Positions 1-10,297 are shown, counted from the first letter of the stretch. The stretch: 64,000 nt of DNA from Waterburya sp. (GCA_965217895.1 CBDCJV010000002.1:320001-384000), one strand, 5' to 3'. Made by a program: numbers and translations. Notes: a model not told the origin generated them from the sequence alone.

Positions 1-131
1 AGACGCTAAGGGATTATTTGTTTGGTGTTGGTAGTTGGAGGAGAAGGAAAAAAAGGATTGTTCTGTGTTTGATATGGTTTTACTAGAAAAGGGAATTCTT
101 TTTGTATAGATAATTCTCTTTGGATTTTTTT

Positions 132-818
132 ATGGCTGTTAAAGACAAAAATTACAAACTTGAAATTTTGGAGTACGCTATTAATCAATCTATTGATCGC
201 CTTCTACCTCAAAATAATGAAGATGCTTTGAATGTCATTGTACATAAAAGTAATGAAGTTGTCTGGAGAGTTGCGACAGACATATATTCTAAAAGTGGGC
301 ATCAAATAGATTTTTTGTTTATTAGAGACGTTTTAAATTTACGAATTGAACCATTACGAAATAAGATTGCGGAAAAAGAAAGAATTAGGAAAGAGAAAGA
401 AGCTGAAGAAGCAAGAATTAGAGCTAGGTTAGAAGCTCAAAGGTTAGCTAAAGAAGCTGAAAATAAAATAATTAGGAAACAACAACAGGAAGCAAGACAA
501 AGAAAACTTCAAGAATTGTGTGAAACGTATTCAAATGTCTCTATCGAAATCTTTTCAAAAATTGAATCAATAATTGTTGACCAGCTAGAGATAGACGCTG
601 GAAGAGTAACACTTGATGCCAATTTAACTTTAGATTTAGGTGCAGACGATCTGGATATTACAGAACTCATGATGGCATTAGAAGAAGAATTTGATATAGA
701 AATACCAGATGATTTTACAGGGGTTTATTTATCTTTTGCTGGTTCTTGCGTTCCTCCAAAATTGAAGCCTATTAGTGTTGGGAAAATTGTAGATTTAGTA
801 TTTGAAAAAATACAGTAA
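132..818 (+). CDS. Coiled-coil protein with C-terminal acyl carrier protein-like domain lacking the phosphopantetheine Ser
   Basis: C-terminus IIVDQLEID...[28 protein letters not shown] matches AcpP; E/K/R-rich helical middle; first ATG at 132. Confidence 0.75.
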   Translation: MAVKDKNYKLEILEYAINQSIDRLLPQNNEDALNVIVHKSNEVVWRVATDIYSKSGHQIDFLFIRDVLNLRIEPLRNKIAEKERIRKEKEAEEARIRARLEAQRLAKEAENKIIRKQQQEARQRKLQELCETYSNVSIEIFSKIESIIVDQLEIDAGRVTLDANLTLDLGADDLDITELMMALEEEFDIEIPDDFTGVYLSFAGSCVPPKLKPISVGKIVDLVFEKIQ

Positions 819-920
819 AAATCATTTTTAGTAAATTTCACGCAAAGACGCAGAGACGCAAAAGATTTATTTGTTTTGTGTTGGGAATTATAGGAGGAGC
901 AAGCAAAGGGGTTATCTGCT

Positions 921-983
921 ATGAGAGAGAATGAGATTAGTAGGGAGATTGTAGATGCTGCGTTTAAGATCCATTCTTTCTGA
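921..983 (+). pseudogene. N-terminal remnant of a GxxExxY protein
   Basis: MRENEISREIVDAAFKIHSF* resembles the start of GxxExxY proteins; preceded by CACGCAAAGACGCAGAGACGCAAA repeat (839-862); ends where IS630 sequence begins. Confidence 0.6.
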
Positions 984-1556
984 TTCGTAATTGCCAAGGT
1001 TTTTTTAAACGCTTCTCTTTGATATAGTTTCTGCTTGCTATTCTCAGGACGAGCTACTTTTAACTTGGCTTTAAGCCGATAGCGAGTCATTTGATACACC
1101 GCATGATATTCTGCTTCAATTCCTAACGTTTCAGACAACCACTGTTGCACTGCACCATAACTGGCGAAACCATGATTATGTTCTTGTAATCGCTTTTGCA
1201 AAGCCTTTTCTGCCCATTGAGGAATTATTCGTACTCCTCCAGGAGATGATTTTATTTCTAGCATCGAATCTATTCCTTCTTCTCTATATATTGATAACCA
1301 GCTTTGTACCGTACCTCGATGTTTTCCCAAAGAATTGGCGATCGCTTTAATCTTCGGTGCCGGTTCATGCTTGAGCCAATAAAGTACCTGCAATCTTTCT
1401 TTTTCCCTCAGAGTTTTGGCTTGACGTAATCTTTTTTCCAGTTCTTCCCAACTTTCTTTTATTTGTACCGAAGTTACACCTACCATCGCTTAAAAAGAGC
1501 TAAACTGCTTTCTTTAGTCTAGTTTATCTGTCATGTATTTAATTTAAATTGGTATA
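984..1556 (-). mobile_element. Truncated IS630-family element (left end plus orfA only)
   Basis: End TATACCAATTTAAATT on the minus strand at about 1541-1556; HTH orfA; no DDE half or right end seen. Confidence 0.7.
997..1486 (-). pseudogene. IS630-family transposase N-terminal HTH/winged-helix part
   Basis: RLQVLYWLK, HRGTVQSWLSIYREEG, LKAKLKVARP, AFKKT ending on the slippery TTTAAAAAAAC; the rest of the listed ORF is read-through into unrelated DNA. Confidence 0.8.
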
Positions 1557-2490
1557 ATTAGAGTTCAAAGTTTTAACTTATTCCTACAATATTTCTTGAA
1601 AGTTTTGTCAGTCAATCAGTGCTAAGGCATAGCCGAAAGAATAACTATTACTTGGAAGTGAATCAGTACATTGTTTAATAGGAGGTTTAATAGAGGAAGA
1701 AGGACTAGCATGGAACGTCACACAGCAGATTGCTGCAAAAAACAAGTTAACTATATTCATCAAATTAAGATTATTAATTCCAACTGAGTTGAGGCTAACA
1801 ATACTAGAAGCATAGAAATAGTTAGTAACTTTGGAATTTTCCTTTGTTGTCAGAAGAAATTAAGGTGATTTAAATCGCTGGCAAAAAAGCAATTTAAACT
1901 ATCAATCTGTATCTTTTATAACATTTAAGAATAGTAAAATGTCAATAGTTATATTTAGCTAGCCTTTATTATCTAACCATGTAATCTATATTACTTATTT
2001 CTAATATTTTAGGTATTTTCAATTAATTAATAATTTCATGTTTAAGTAATTACTAGCAGGCGAAATATTTATCAGTTAAAATTACTGTGAGATAAATTAC
2101 ATTAATCTAATTCAAATTAATTCATGGTAGTTTTTCTTTCTAGAATTAGAACTTAAAAAAAGATGATTAGATTTTTATAGCGATCGCAACTAGAGAAAAT
2201 TAATCAATAAATTATAATTTTAAAAAGCGATCTCAATTGCAGAAAATTTGTTTTATTTGGTGGACAAATTAAAGTCATTATAAATCATGCTAATTATTGA
2301 TTTTTTGCCTACCTACAGGGCGATCGTATCTATCGACCATCTTCATACCAAGGCAATTTCAATTGGAAAATATAAAAGATGATTAGCGACTCTAGCCAAG
2401 CGATAAGTCAATAAGATAGTTAACAAACAAAAGCGATCGCTCTTTTATTGGTCAGGCGATCGCTATCTTTGCGATTCATAAACCCTAAAA

Positions 2491-3183
2491 TCATTGATTT
2501 TTGGTTAAAGGCGGAAAATTAGATAGCCAGTATCGATATACATCTTTCCAAACTTTTTCGAGGTTTTGGTAAGCAGCCTGTGTATTTGGTGTGTCAACTG
2601 GTGTAGAGAATAATATCCAAAGACAACGGCGATCGCGTATGCTAGCCTTGCCTCTTAACCAATCCCATCCTACTTTCCACCGTAAATCATTCTGATAACG
2701 ATATTGAGAAAACTGCTTTTGAGTTACATTACTAAAGCTGCGGGGACTAATACAGCTACTCAAATAAGCTTTATTTTGACCAGAAAATAAAGCATGATAA
2801 CCCACTCTATCTAGTTGTTTAACTTTCTTAGCTTTAACAACCTCTGGGGCAATGTCAGTATAGTTACTTAAGTATGCCTCTACATCTCCTCTAGTACCAA
2901 CCAAATAGCTGATGTCCAGGTGCATTTTTGTCTCACTGCCGATATACTGATATCCTTGCTGAGATTTAATTACTTTTTGGTCTTTTGATTTTATTACGTC
3001 CTGACCTAAAGCTGATTGCTCCAATGCTATGCCATGATTAAGTCTCAAACGTTCAGGAAACTCATAATCAGCCACAGTGCGATTACCTACTTTAGGGATA
3101 ATCACTGCATATATAACAGCAGCATTAATTCCAACACTGGCAACAGCCAAAAAATAACTACGCCATTGAGCTTGATTAATCAT
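2491..3183 (-). CDS. Cyanoexosortase A system-associated protein
   Basis: N-terminal TM, AYLSSCISPR and DRRCLW motifs, directly downstream of the exosortase. Confidence 0.85.
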   Translation of the reverse strand: MINQAQWRSYFLAVASVGINAAVIYAVIIPKVGNRTVADYEFPERLRLNHGIALEQSALGQDVIKSKDQKVIKSQQGYQYIGSETKMHLDISYLVGTRGDVEAYLSNYTDIAPEVVKAKKVKQLDRVGYHALFSGQNKAYLSSCISPRSFSNVTQKQFSQYRYQNDLRWKVGWDWLRGKASIRDRRCLWILFSTPVDTPNTQAAYQNLEKVWKDVYRYWLSNFPPLTKNQ

Positions 3184-3206
3184 ATCTTCAAGTTAGCCAT
3201 AAATAT

Positions 3207-3234
3207 TTATTACTTATTACTTATTACTTATTAC
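3207..3234. repeat. Heptamer tandem repeat (TTATTAC)x4, STRR-like
   Basis: Four perfect copies overlapping the crtA stop codon. Confidence 0.9.
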
Positions 3235-4086
3235 CTGCCTTTGTCCTTGCTTCGTTTCTAAAAACAAATAACAAAAACCTGCAAAAATCGCAATTGCCAA
3301 GGTAGAAAATATTTGCGAACCCTGCGCCCCATGCCAATAATTGAAATGTGTTGGGTTTGGTATTGATAATGTCAAAATACAAACTCTAATTACTCCCAGA
3401 AAAAAACCTAAGCCAACTGAAAACATGGGAATAAGTATTTTTTGCTTGATTGATAAAGTTATCAAACTTACTAGCAACAGTGACAACTTCAGCATCAGCA
3501 AAATCATTGGTATTCCCGCACAAGAATAATTGACGATCGCCTCAACATTTCCTGATTCAGGTAACGATAATAATACTTGATTGCCTTGACTAGCTGCATT
3601 AAACCCAATGTAGTATAAAAAATAGCTAGCTAACTGAGCATTGAGAACGGTAATATGAACTATACCATCAATAAAAAAGCCGATTACTGCTGAGGGGAAA
3701 AACAAAAACCAGACAAAAAACAACTCTTGCAGATATTGACCCAAACCTTTTAATCCAGAAGCGATTAGACCTAATGCGATCGCAGCACTTAGAGGTAATA
3801 TGGGTAATAGTATTGATTCAAACCAAAAAAGCGAAAAAGCTTTAGATAAAATTAAACCTAGCAACAGTAAGCCAATAAAACTAGATAAAGGATCGCTACG
3901 ATAATCTAAATCATCCTTTTTGCGCCATAGCAGCCAAAAAATTGCTCCCCAAAACAAACTTTCTGTAGTCAATTGGTCAAGATCACCTGTGGTTTTCCAA
4001 GTCAGGTTGAGATAGAGAATAGCTATGCCAACTAAACTAGAAAACAACCAAAATTTATGATGATTGCTGATATTTTTGGTGTACAT
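3217..4086 (-). CDS. crtA: Cyanoexosortase A
   Basis: Multi-TM protein with exosortase catalytic residues: Cys in YSCAG, Arg in VIRV, His in YWHG. Confidence 0.88.
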   Translation of the reverse strand: MYTKNISNHHKFWLFSSLVGIAILYLNLTWKTTGDLDQLTTESLFWGAIFWLLWRKKDDLDYRSDPLSSFIGLLLLGLILSKAFSLFWFESILLPILPLSAAIALGLIASGLKGLGQYLQELFFVWFLFFPSAVIGFFIDGIVHITVLNAQLASYFLYYIGFNAASQGNQVLLSLPESGNVEAIVNYSCAGIPMILLMLKLSLLLVSLITLSIKQKILIPMFSVGLGFFLGVIRVCILTLSIPNPTHFNYWHGAQGSQIFSTLAIAIFAGFCYLFLETKQGQRQVISNK

Positions 4087-4160
4087 TAATATTTTTATTT
4101 ATTGCCAAAAAACCTATTACATCTCTTGCATAGATAAACGACTAACCGTTTTAACTTCTG

Positions 4161-4186
4161 TACGGGCGAACGGCCGTTCGCCCGTA
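4161..4186. repeat. Perfect 26-bp palindrome, REP-like
   Basis: TACGGGCGAACGG|CCGTTCGCCCGTA just after the stop of the 4189..5406 gene. Confidence 0.85.
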
Positions 4187-4188
4187 AC

Positions 4189-5406
4189 CTATAAAAGTGA
4201 CTCTAAAACATAAAATGTCACTCCTCCATTTCCTTCAATTTGGAACTGAGGCTGAGTTTGACTCAAAACGTTAAATTCATTAGTGTCAGTAGTAAACAAA
4301 TGCGATCCTGTCTGCGTATTCAACATTCTATACAAAGGAATTGTCTCTATATTTTCTGGTTGAGCATCAAAAGCATAGTAAGCGACATCTTCAAAGCTGT
4401 AATAACCTAAATTCTGGCGAATATAATTTTTCTCATTTTTGTCCATAGTATAAAGATGCGCTCCAGTAACTTGATTAAAGAAGCGATAAACTGGAGCTGA
4501 ATTCTGAATTTTTTCTCCAGTCAAGGTGTCTGTATCCTGAGCTAAAACGTCATAGGCAACACCTTCATAGGTATAAGGTAATTTTCTTGCTTCACTCAAC
4601 TCTGTGACTACCTTTTGTTCATTTGGATCGGCAGTATAAAAATGAAATCCCTTATCGTATCGAAAGAATCGATATACCTCAGTCCTGGGGAGGATATCGT
4701 AGCCAATATCAGATAAGATTGCTAAATCTAAATTCGTTGGCAGATTTCTTTCGCCAAAGGTAAAAGATTTGTCTAATAAAGCATCCCTTCGAGGATCTAA
4801 AGAAAAGCCATCCTGAATATGGATTCGATCCTTGTCTAAAGGTATTGGTTGAACATTATTTAAGAGAACGCTATGTGGACCAACAAATTTTCCCTCTTGA
4901 ATCTGGTTGGCAAAAGCATCAGAAGTACCAATTCCCAAAACATGACCAATTTCATGCAGACATAAACTCAGAAAATCTTGTTTATCTGGGGGAATATCAT
5001 TATCAGTTTTGGGAGTTTTATCGAAGTATAAATTATCTACCGCATTGGTATTAAACTCAATCGTACCTAGCCAAGGTTCAAAATCGCTTCCTTTAATTCT
5101 TGACTCGCGATCGCTTCCATTAATAAAAGTAGCATGAAAAGATCCTTCTCCAAAAGTCAATGAATCAGAATTTAAGTTAACTGAAGAGACAAAAATAATT
5201 ATGTCGTCAATTGATTTATTTAAAATGACCTCTCGTTCTGAGTTATTGATTGGAAATCTTAAAACTTCCTCTGCGGGAATTGGAGTAAAGTCATCTTGAA
5301 TATAAGAACTCCAAATATTACCTGCTTGTTCTAATATTGCTTTTCTTTTTGCTGTAAAAAAATTAGCATCATCAAAACGATAGTCAAACTTGATATTAAA
5401 ACTCAT
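4189..5406 (-). CDS. Zinc metallopeptidase (HExxH) with C-terminal DUF5648-like repeats
   Basis: LHEIGHVLGIG motif; three VYRFF/LYRM...H(F/L)(Y/F)T repeats at the C-terminus. Confidence 0.8.
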   Translation of the reverse strand: MSFNIKFDYRFDDANFFTAKRKAILEQAGNIWSSYIQDDFTPIPAEEVLRFPINNSEREVILNKSIDDIIIFVSSVNLNSDSLTFGEGSFHATFINGSDRESRIKGSDFEPWLGTIEFNTNAVDNLYFDKTPKTDNDIPPDKQDFLSLCLHEIGHVLGIGTSDAFANQIQEGKFVGPHSVLLNNVQPIPLDKDRIHIQDGFSLDPRRDALLDKSFTFGERNLPTNLDLAILSDIGYDILPRTEVYRFFRYDKGFHFYTADPNEQKVVTELSEARKLPYTYEGVAYDVLAQDTDTLTGEKIQNSAPVYRFFNQVTGAHLYTMDKNEKNYIRQNLGYYSFEDVAYYAFDAQPENIETIPLYRMLNTQTGSHLFTTDTNEFNVLSQTQPQFQIEGNGGVTFYVLESLL

Positions 5407-5956
5407 AAAAATTTTCTAAGTATATTTTCATATTTTTTTGGTGACTTCGGAAAATTTAGCTACAAATACTTAGTTTTTTAGTCATCTATTTTAAAAGATA
5501 TAAACCTCAAAATAGTAAACGACAAAAGTACGCTTTTATGAAATACCTTAATAACCTATTTAAAATCTAATTTAACCTCAAATAATAGTATTGTCTTGTG
5601 TGTAAATAATTAAAATCGATCAAGGCTTTTAGCGAAGCTAGTTGATTTCATATCAGTATTTACAAGCATTTTTGGCTGTCATAGCATTTTTAAACACCGT
5701 AAAAAGACTTAGTTTGTCAGTGATAATATCTATTTTCCTTATATTTTTGATTTATACATTGAGGATTTACAAAATATGAAGTATAACAGCAAAAGTACGA
5801 CTTAATCTTGCTAATTATCAACTAAATAAAAATAGAAGCCTGTAATACAATAACCTAATTAATTAACGTTATTGCTTTATTTGATTAACAAAAAATAGGC
5901 TTTCTGCCAGTTGATATTTTTATTGTAAGTACGATTATATCTGTTCCTATGAATTT

Positions 5957-6880
5957 ATGCGTATATTAATTTTTGCTAGCTCTATAGCTGTATTTTTGCC
6001 TCTTTTAAGTTTAAATGCTTGGGCAAATCCAGCTAATCAATCTCAACCACCAACTTCAAATTTTTCGCCTACTAAAAACCAACAAATATCTCAAGAAAAA
6101 TCAACGGTAACTGCTGATAATTCTTGGAGTAATTCTAATCAAAAAGAATTAGAAAACGTCAAATTTCGACTGCAAGATATTAGTCAGCGTAATTTCACCC
6201 CTAGTCGCGGTGTCCCAAGTTTAACTATTGCCAATCCTTATGGATTTGGTGCAGATAGAGGATTTTTTAGCGGTTTAAGCTATCAGACAGATACTCGTGG
6301 CGGACTCGATGGAGTCAACAATCAGGATGGAACTTGGGGATTTGGGGTAGGTCTGGGAAATGCCCAAAAGTCTGTTGGTGCCGAACTTAGCTACAACGTA
6401 GCCAGTTTTGGTCAGAATGGTCGTGACTTTGGTTCTGGCGGTTTTAACCTAAAGCTGCATCGCAAGATTGCTGATGGCTGGGGAGTTGCTGCTGGATGGA
6501 ATAGTTTTCTTTCAATTGGTGATGGCAATGACCTTAATGACTCTTTGTATCTGGCTACCACCAAAATTTTTAGAACCAGAGAAAATGTCAATTCTGCCTT
6601 TAGCCGAGTTGGAGCAACTATTGGCGTTGGCAACGGACAATTTCGCACCGAAGACTCAATCGTTAATGGTGACAATAATTTTAACGTTTTTGGTAGTCTA
6701 GCTTTTCGTGTAGCACGACCAGTTAGCTTTATTACGGAATGGACGGGGCAAGACTTGGGGATGGGTTTATCTGTTTCTCCTTTTCGTACTGTCCCACTGA
6801 CTATTAATCTTGGTGCCAGAGATATTGTTGGTGCTGGAGATGGAGCGCGTTTTGTTTTCGGAATTGGCGCAGGAATTTAA
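5957..6880 (+). CDS. Secreted, probable outer-membrane beta-barrel protein
   Basis: Signal peptide ending AWA; alternating Gly/aromatic beta strands; C-terminal FVFGIGAGI. Confidence 0.65.
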   Translation: MRILIFASSIAVFLPLLSLNAWANPANQSQPPTSNFSPTKNQQISQEKSTVTADNSWSNSNQKELENVKFRLQDISQRNFTPSRGVPSLTIANPYGFGADRGFFSGLSYQTDTRGGLDGVNNQDGTWGFGVGLGNAQKSVGAELSYNVASFGQNGRDFGSGGFNLKLHRKIADGWGVAAGWNSFLSIGDGNDLNDSLYLATTKIFRTRENVNSAFSRVGATIGVGNGQFRTEDSIVNGDNNFNVFGSLAFRVARPVSFITEWTGQDLGMGLSVSPFRTVPLTINLGARDIVGAGDGARFVFGIGAGI

Positions 6881-6918
6881 GTTTATTTGTAGATCAATTT
6901 TATCAGGACAATTATGTT

Positions 6919-7719
6919 ATGCGCTATAAGCAATTATTACGGCTAAGTTCTTTAGTTGCCTTGGAAATACTTACCGCAACTACGTCTGTTACAGCAAAGC
7001 CAGTCCCCAATCTTTCTGATACTTCTGCATATCAGACCTATAGCTCTCCTGCAGTCAGTATAGATAGTAATAACGGTAATGGCATACCGTCAACTACTCA
7101 ATATAATCCAGCCACAGGAGAATTTGTAGGCGGTGGAATAAAAAATCCGATCACATTTGGTTCAGCCAGAGGTTCTGGAAGTTCCATCGGTAGCGCTCGC
7201 AGAAATGTTTCTGGGGATGGTTCTGGGAATGGTTCTGGGAATAGTTCTGGGGATGGTTCTGGGGATGGTTCTGGGGATGGTTCTGGGAATGGTTCTGGGA
7301 ATGGTTCTGGAAATGGTTCTGGAAATGGTTTTAGAGAAATAACCCTTAATGATGCTGCCACTTTATTAGAGGGTAGTCTCAATAACTCCTTAGATAATTT
7401 GGCAGCAGCAGAACAAGCAAGCCAGGCAGGACAGACAGCAAGTGCAACTCCTAATAATCCTAGACGAATTACCAGAAGAAATTCTGATAGCGATAATCGA
7501 GCCTGTGGCTGCGCCGATCCAGCATCTTCTAAGCCCAGACATATTGTTAGAAGTAGTTCTACAGCTTGTGGTTGTGCTAATCCTGGTTCAACTGCTGAAG
7601 CTCGTCAAATCGAAGACCGTGAAATTCAAGCTCGTCAAATTGTTGAAAAACAATTAGCTGAATCAAAAAAATTCATTCGACAAGTTAACCAGATCGATCC
7701 TGATAAAAATATTTGGTAA
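6919..7719 (+). CDS. Secreted hypothetical protein with SG(D/N)G repeats and two CGC motifs
   Basis: Signal-peptide-like N-terminus; co-directional with flanking genes. Confidence 0.7.
   Translation: MRYKQLLRLSSLVALEILTATTSVTAKPVPNLSDTSAYQTYSSPAVSIDSNNGNGIPSTTQYNPATGEFVGGGIKNPITFGSARGSGSSIGSARRNVSGDGSGNGSGNSSGDGSGDGSGDGSGNGSGNGSGNGSGNGFREITLNDAATLLEGSLNNSLDNLAAAEQASQAGQTASATPNNPRRITRRNSDSDNRACGCADPASSKPRHIVRSSSTACGCANPGSTAEARQIEDREIQARQIVEKQLAESKKFIRQVNQIDPDKNIW
7210..7329 (+). repeat. 12-bp coding tandem repeat x10
   Basis: TCTGGR(G/A)ATGGT units encoding SGDG/SGNG (one SGNS). Confidence 0.95.
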
Positions 7720-7842
7720 CAAAAGCAAATTTATCAGGCGATCGCTCTGCACTTTTGCACTCGAATAGATAAGGATTAGCCCCAGGTATCCCGCCAACGA
7801 ATCCCGCAATTACAACTAAAATTATTCTCCAAATTAAACACT

Positions 7843-8562
7843 ATGATTAAACTTAATTGGACTTATATTGGTATATCTTTTGGTACATTAGGATTACTAA
7901 ATGCTATGAGCCTTGGAGCAGTAGCAGAAGATGTTATAAGCAATAAGGGTATTACGTTTCAAGAAGACACAATTATTGAAATGGAATTTATTGAATCCCA
8001 TGGCGCATATCAATCTACTTTTGGCGTTGTGGATTTAGATACTTGTCAAACAAGTGCTTCACAAACAATTAATTATGATACTTGCTCTAAAACTCCTTTA
8101 CTTTCTGAGGTAAAAGCGTCTGATAGCTTTGATAATGTTTATCGTCGCTCTACTTACGAAACTAATTTAAAAGAAAGCCGTAACAATGATTTTTTAGGTA
8201 CTCCTGGCAATACTGTTCCTAATTTCAAAACGGAGTTTTTATTTAAAGCCAATAAAAGATATGCTTTTTATTTAGAGTCTGAGTTTAATGGCAAACCCGC
8301 TGGAACAGTTTACACTACAGACTTGTTGAATTCTCAGGGTAATCGTCAGGCTTTATTTAATGAAGCAGGTTTAGATACTGAAGCTGTAGCTAAACGGCGC
8401 AATAATCCTCAATTTGATGCTAATAAGTTTGACGCTCTAATCAAAGGCGGCTTATTGCTTAATATGGATGATACTGGCTCAAATTTGGTCAAAAATGCCG
8501 ACGAAGATGCCGATTTTGATGATTTTATTGTTGGTATTGGCGGAGAATATGGCTGTAATTAA
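7843..8562 (+). CDS. Secreted protein, DUF4114-like
   Basis: Signal peptide; SHGAYQSTFGV and acidic C-terminal DADFDDFIV motif. Confidence 0.6.
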   Translation: MIKLNWTYIGISFGTLGLLNAMSLGAVAEDVISNKGITFQEDTIIEMEFIESHGAYQSTFGVVDLDTCQTSASQTINYDTCSKTPLLSEVKASDSFDNVYRRSTYETNLKESRNNDFLGTPGNTVPNFKTEFLFKANKRYAFYLESEFNGKPAGTVYTTDLLNSQGNRQALFNEAGLDTEAVAKRRNNPQFDANKFDALIKGGLLLNMDDTGSNLVKNADEDADFDDFIVGIGGEYGCN

Positions 8563-8636
8563 GTTGATAAATCTGAGCGGATATTAATAGCAATCTTAGT
8601 TTGCGATCTAAATACACCTATAAATAATTTATACAA

Positions 8637-8679
8637 GGGATGGTAGCTGCTTTTTAGCTGATAGCCACCCTTTTTTTTT
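8637..8679 (+). terminator. Possible intrinsic terminator
   Basis: Imperfect stem GGGATGGT...AGCCACCC followed by T9. Confidence 0.4.
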
Positions 8680-8817
8680 AAAAGTTTTGAATTCTCAGTA
8701 ATTTCTCGGAATATTATTTCTTAAATGCTATGTTATCGTGATGCAGTCAGATAGTTATCCGTTAAATTACGGCAGAATTATCGCTGATACCTGAACGAGA
8801 AGTTATGGAAAGGCTTC

Positions 8818-9363
8818 ATGAATGTTATTCAAACGACAATTCCCGATGTTTTAATCATTGAATCAAAAGTATTTGGTGATGACCGTGGTTTTTTTCTGGA
8901 AAGCTTTAACGCCAAGACTTTTGCTGAAAAGACTGGAGTTACGAGTCAGTTTGTTCAAGATAATCACTCGCGCTCGGCTCAAAATGTTTTGCGGGGTTTA
9001 CATTATCAAATCAAACAAGCCCAGGGAAAATTAGTTAGAGTGGTCTTAGGCGAAGTATTGGATGTAGCGGTAGACATCCGCAAAAGTTCGCCAACTTTTG
9101 GACAGTGGACTAGCTGTATTCTCAGCGAAACTAACAAAAGACAATTTTGGGTTCCTGCTGGCTTTGCTCACGGTTTTGTAGTGCTATCTCAAACAGCAGA
9201 TTTTTTATATAAAACAACAGATTATTATGCGCCAGAGTACGAACGTTCAATTTTGTGGAACGACCCTGCTCTTGATATAGACTGGAAAATAACGGGCGAA
9301 CCGATCTTATCGAACAAAGATAAAGAAGCTGTACCTTTAGAGCAAGCGGAGGTGTTTGCGTGA
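8818..9363 (+). CDS. rfbC: dTDP-4-dehydrorhamnose 3,5-epimerase
   Basis: DDRGFF, FVQDNHSRS, LRGLHYQ, GFAHGF motifs. Confidence 0.97.
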   Translation: MNVIQTTIPDVLIIESKVFGDDRGFFLESFNAKTFAEKTGVTSQFVQDNHSRSAQNVLRGLHYQIKQAQGKLVRVVLGEVLDVAVDIRKSSPTFGQWTSCILSETNKRQFWVPAGFAHGFVVLSQTADFLYKTTDYYAPEYERSILWNDPALDIDWKITGEPILSNKDKEAVPLEQAEVFA

Positions 9364-10244
9364 CCAAGATCTTGCTAACGGGAATTACAGGACAAGTCGG
9401 ACAAGAACTGGAGCAAACTCTGACTTCTGTGGGAGAAGTTATCGGCGTTGGTCGTCAAGAATTTGATTTGAGCCAGCCAGCCCAAATAAAGCAAAAGATT
9501 GCCGAGATAAAACCGAATGTGATTGTCAATGCTGCTGCTTATACGGCTGTAGACAAGTCAGAAAGTGAAGTTGAACTAGCTATGGCAATCAACGGCAACG
9601 CACCAAAAGCGATCGCTAAAGCGGCACAAGATATCGGCGCAACCCTTTTGCATATATCTACTGACTATGTGTTTAATGGTCAAAATCACACTCCCTACTT
9701 GGAAACAGATAAAACCGATCCCCTGGGAGTATATGGTAAATCTAAACTCCTAGGAGAAATAGGAGTTAGGGATTGCGATCAACCTATTATTTTGCGGACT
9801 GCTTGGGTATATGGCTCAAAAGGACATGGTAACTTTGTCAAAACTATGCTCCGACTTGGTAAAGATCGAGAAGAGTTAAAGGTAGTTGCCGATCAGGTGG
9901 GTAGTCCATCATGGTCTTATGATATTGCCCTGACAATTACTCAGCTAGTAGATAAATCTCTAAATGATTCAAATATCAGGGGAACTTATCACTACACCAA
10001 TAGTGGTGTTTGCAGTTGGTATGATTTTGCAGTGGCTATTTTCGCAGAAGCCAAACAGCTCGGATTTCCGCTAGCAATTGAAAGAGTTTTGCCTATTACC
10101 ACAGCAGACTATCCCACCCCAACCCAACGTCCAGCGTATTCAGTCTTGTCTAAAGTCAAAATTACAGAAACACTAGGAGTTTATCCTCCTCACTGGCGTG
10201 AATCTTTGAAAAAAATGCTGACTGAATTAAGGGATGAAGGATGA
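9360..10244 (+). CDS. rfbD: dTDP-4-dehydrorhamnose reductase
   Basis: GITGQVG, NAAAYTAVD, STDYVF, YGKSK; GTGA overlap with rfbC. Confidence 0.97.
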   Translation: MTKILLTGITGQVGQELEQTLTSVGEVIGVGRQEFDLSQPAQIKQKIAEIKPNVIVNAAAYTAVDKSESEVELAMAINGNAPKAIAKAAQDIGATLLHISTDYVFNGQNHTPYLETDKTDPLGVYGKSKLLGEIGVRDCDQPIILRTAWVYGSKGHGNFVKTMLRLGKDREELKVVADQVGSPSWSYDIALTITQLVDKSLNDSNIRGTYHYTNSGVCSWYDFAVAIFAEAKQLGFPLAIERVLPITTADYPTPTQRPAYSVLSKVKITETLGVYPPHWRESLKKMLTELRDEG

Positions 10245-10254
10245 GGAATAACTT

Positions 10255-10297
10255 AAAAGCTGATAGCTAAAAGCTAAAAGCCAAAAGCTGATAGCTA
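10255..10297. repeat. Degenerate heptamer repeat (AAAAGCT/GATAGCT)
   Basis: About six STRR-like units in the rfbD-rfbA spacer. Confidence 0.7.

Noticed and set aside
725..996. C-terminal part of the IS630 ORF as a real domain
   Set aside because: Antisense read-through over the GxxExxY remnant and the end of the ACP-like gene.
1608..1760. 50-codon minus-strand ORF MNIVNLFFAAICC... with a hydrophobic start
   Set aside because: No recognisable motif or RBS; cannot be distinguished from chance without homologues.
7098..7382. Minus-strand ORF rich in PEP repeats near an exosortase
   Set aside because: It is the antisense reading of the SGDG/SGNG repeat; no TM or basic tail, so not PEP-CTERM. 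The 7157..7342 ORF is likewise an alternate frame.
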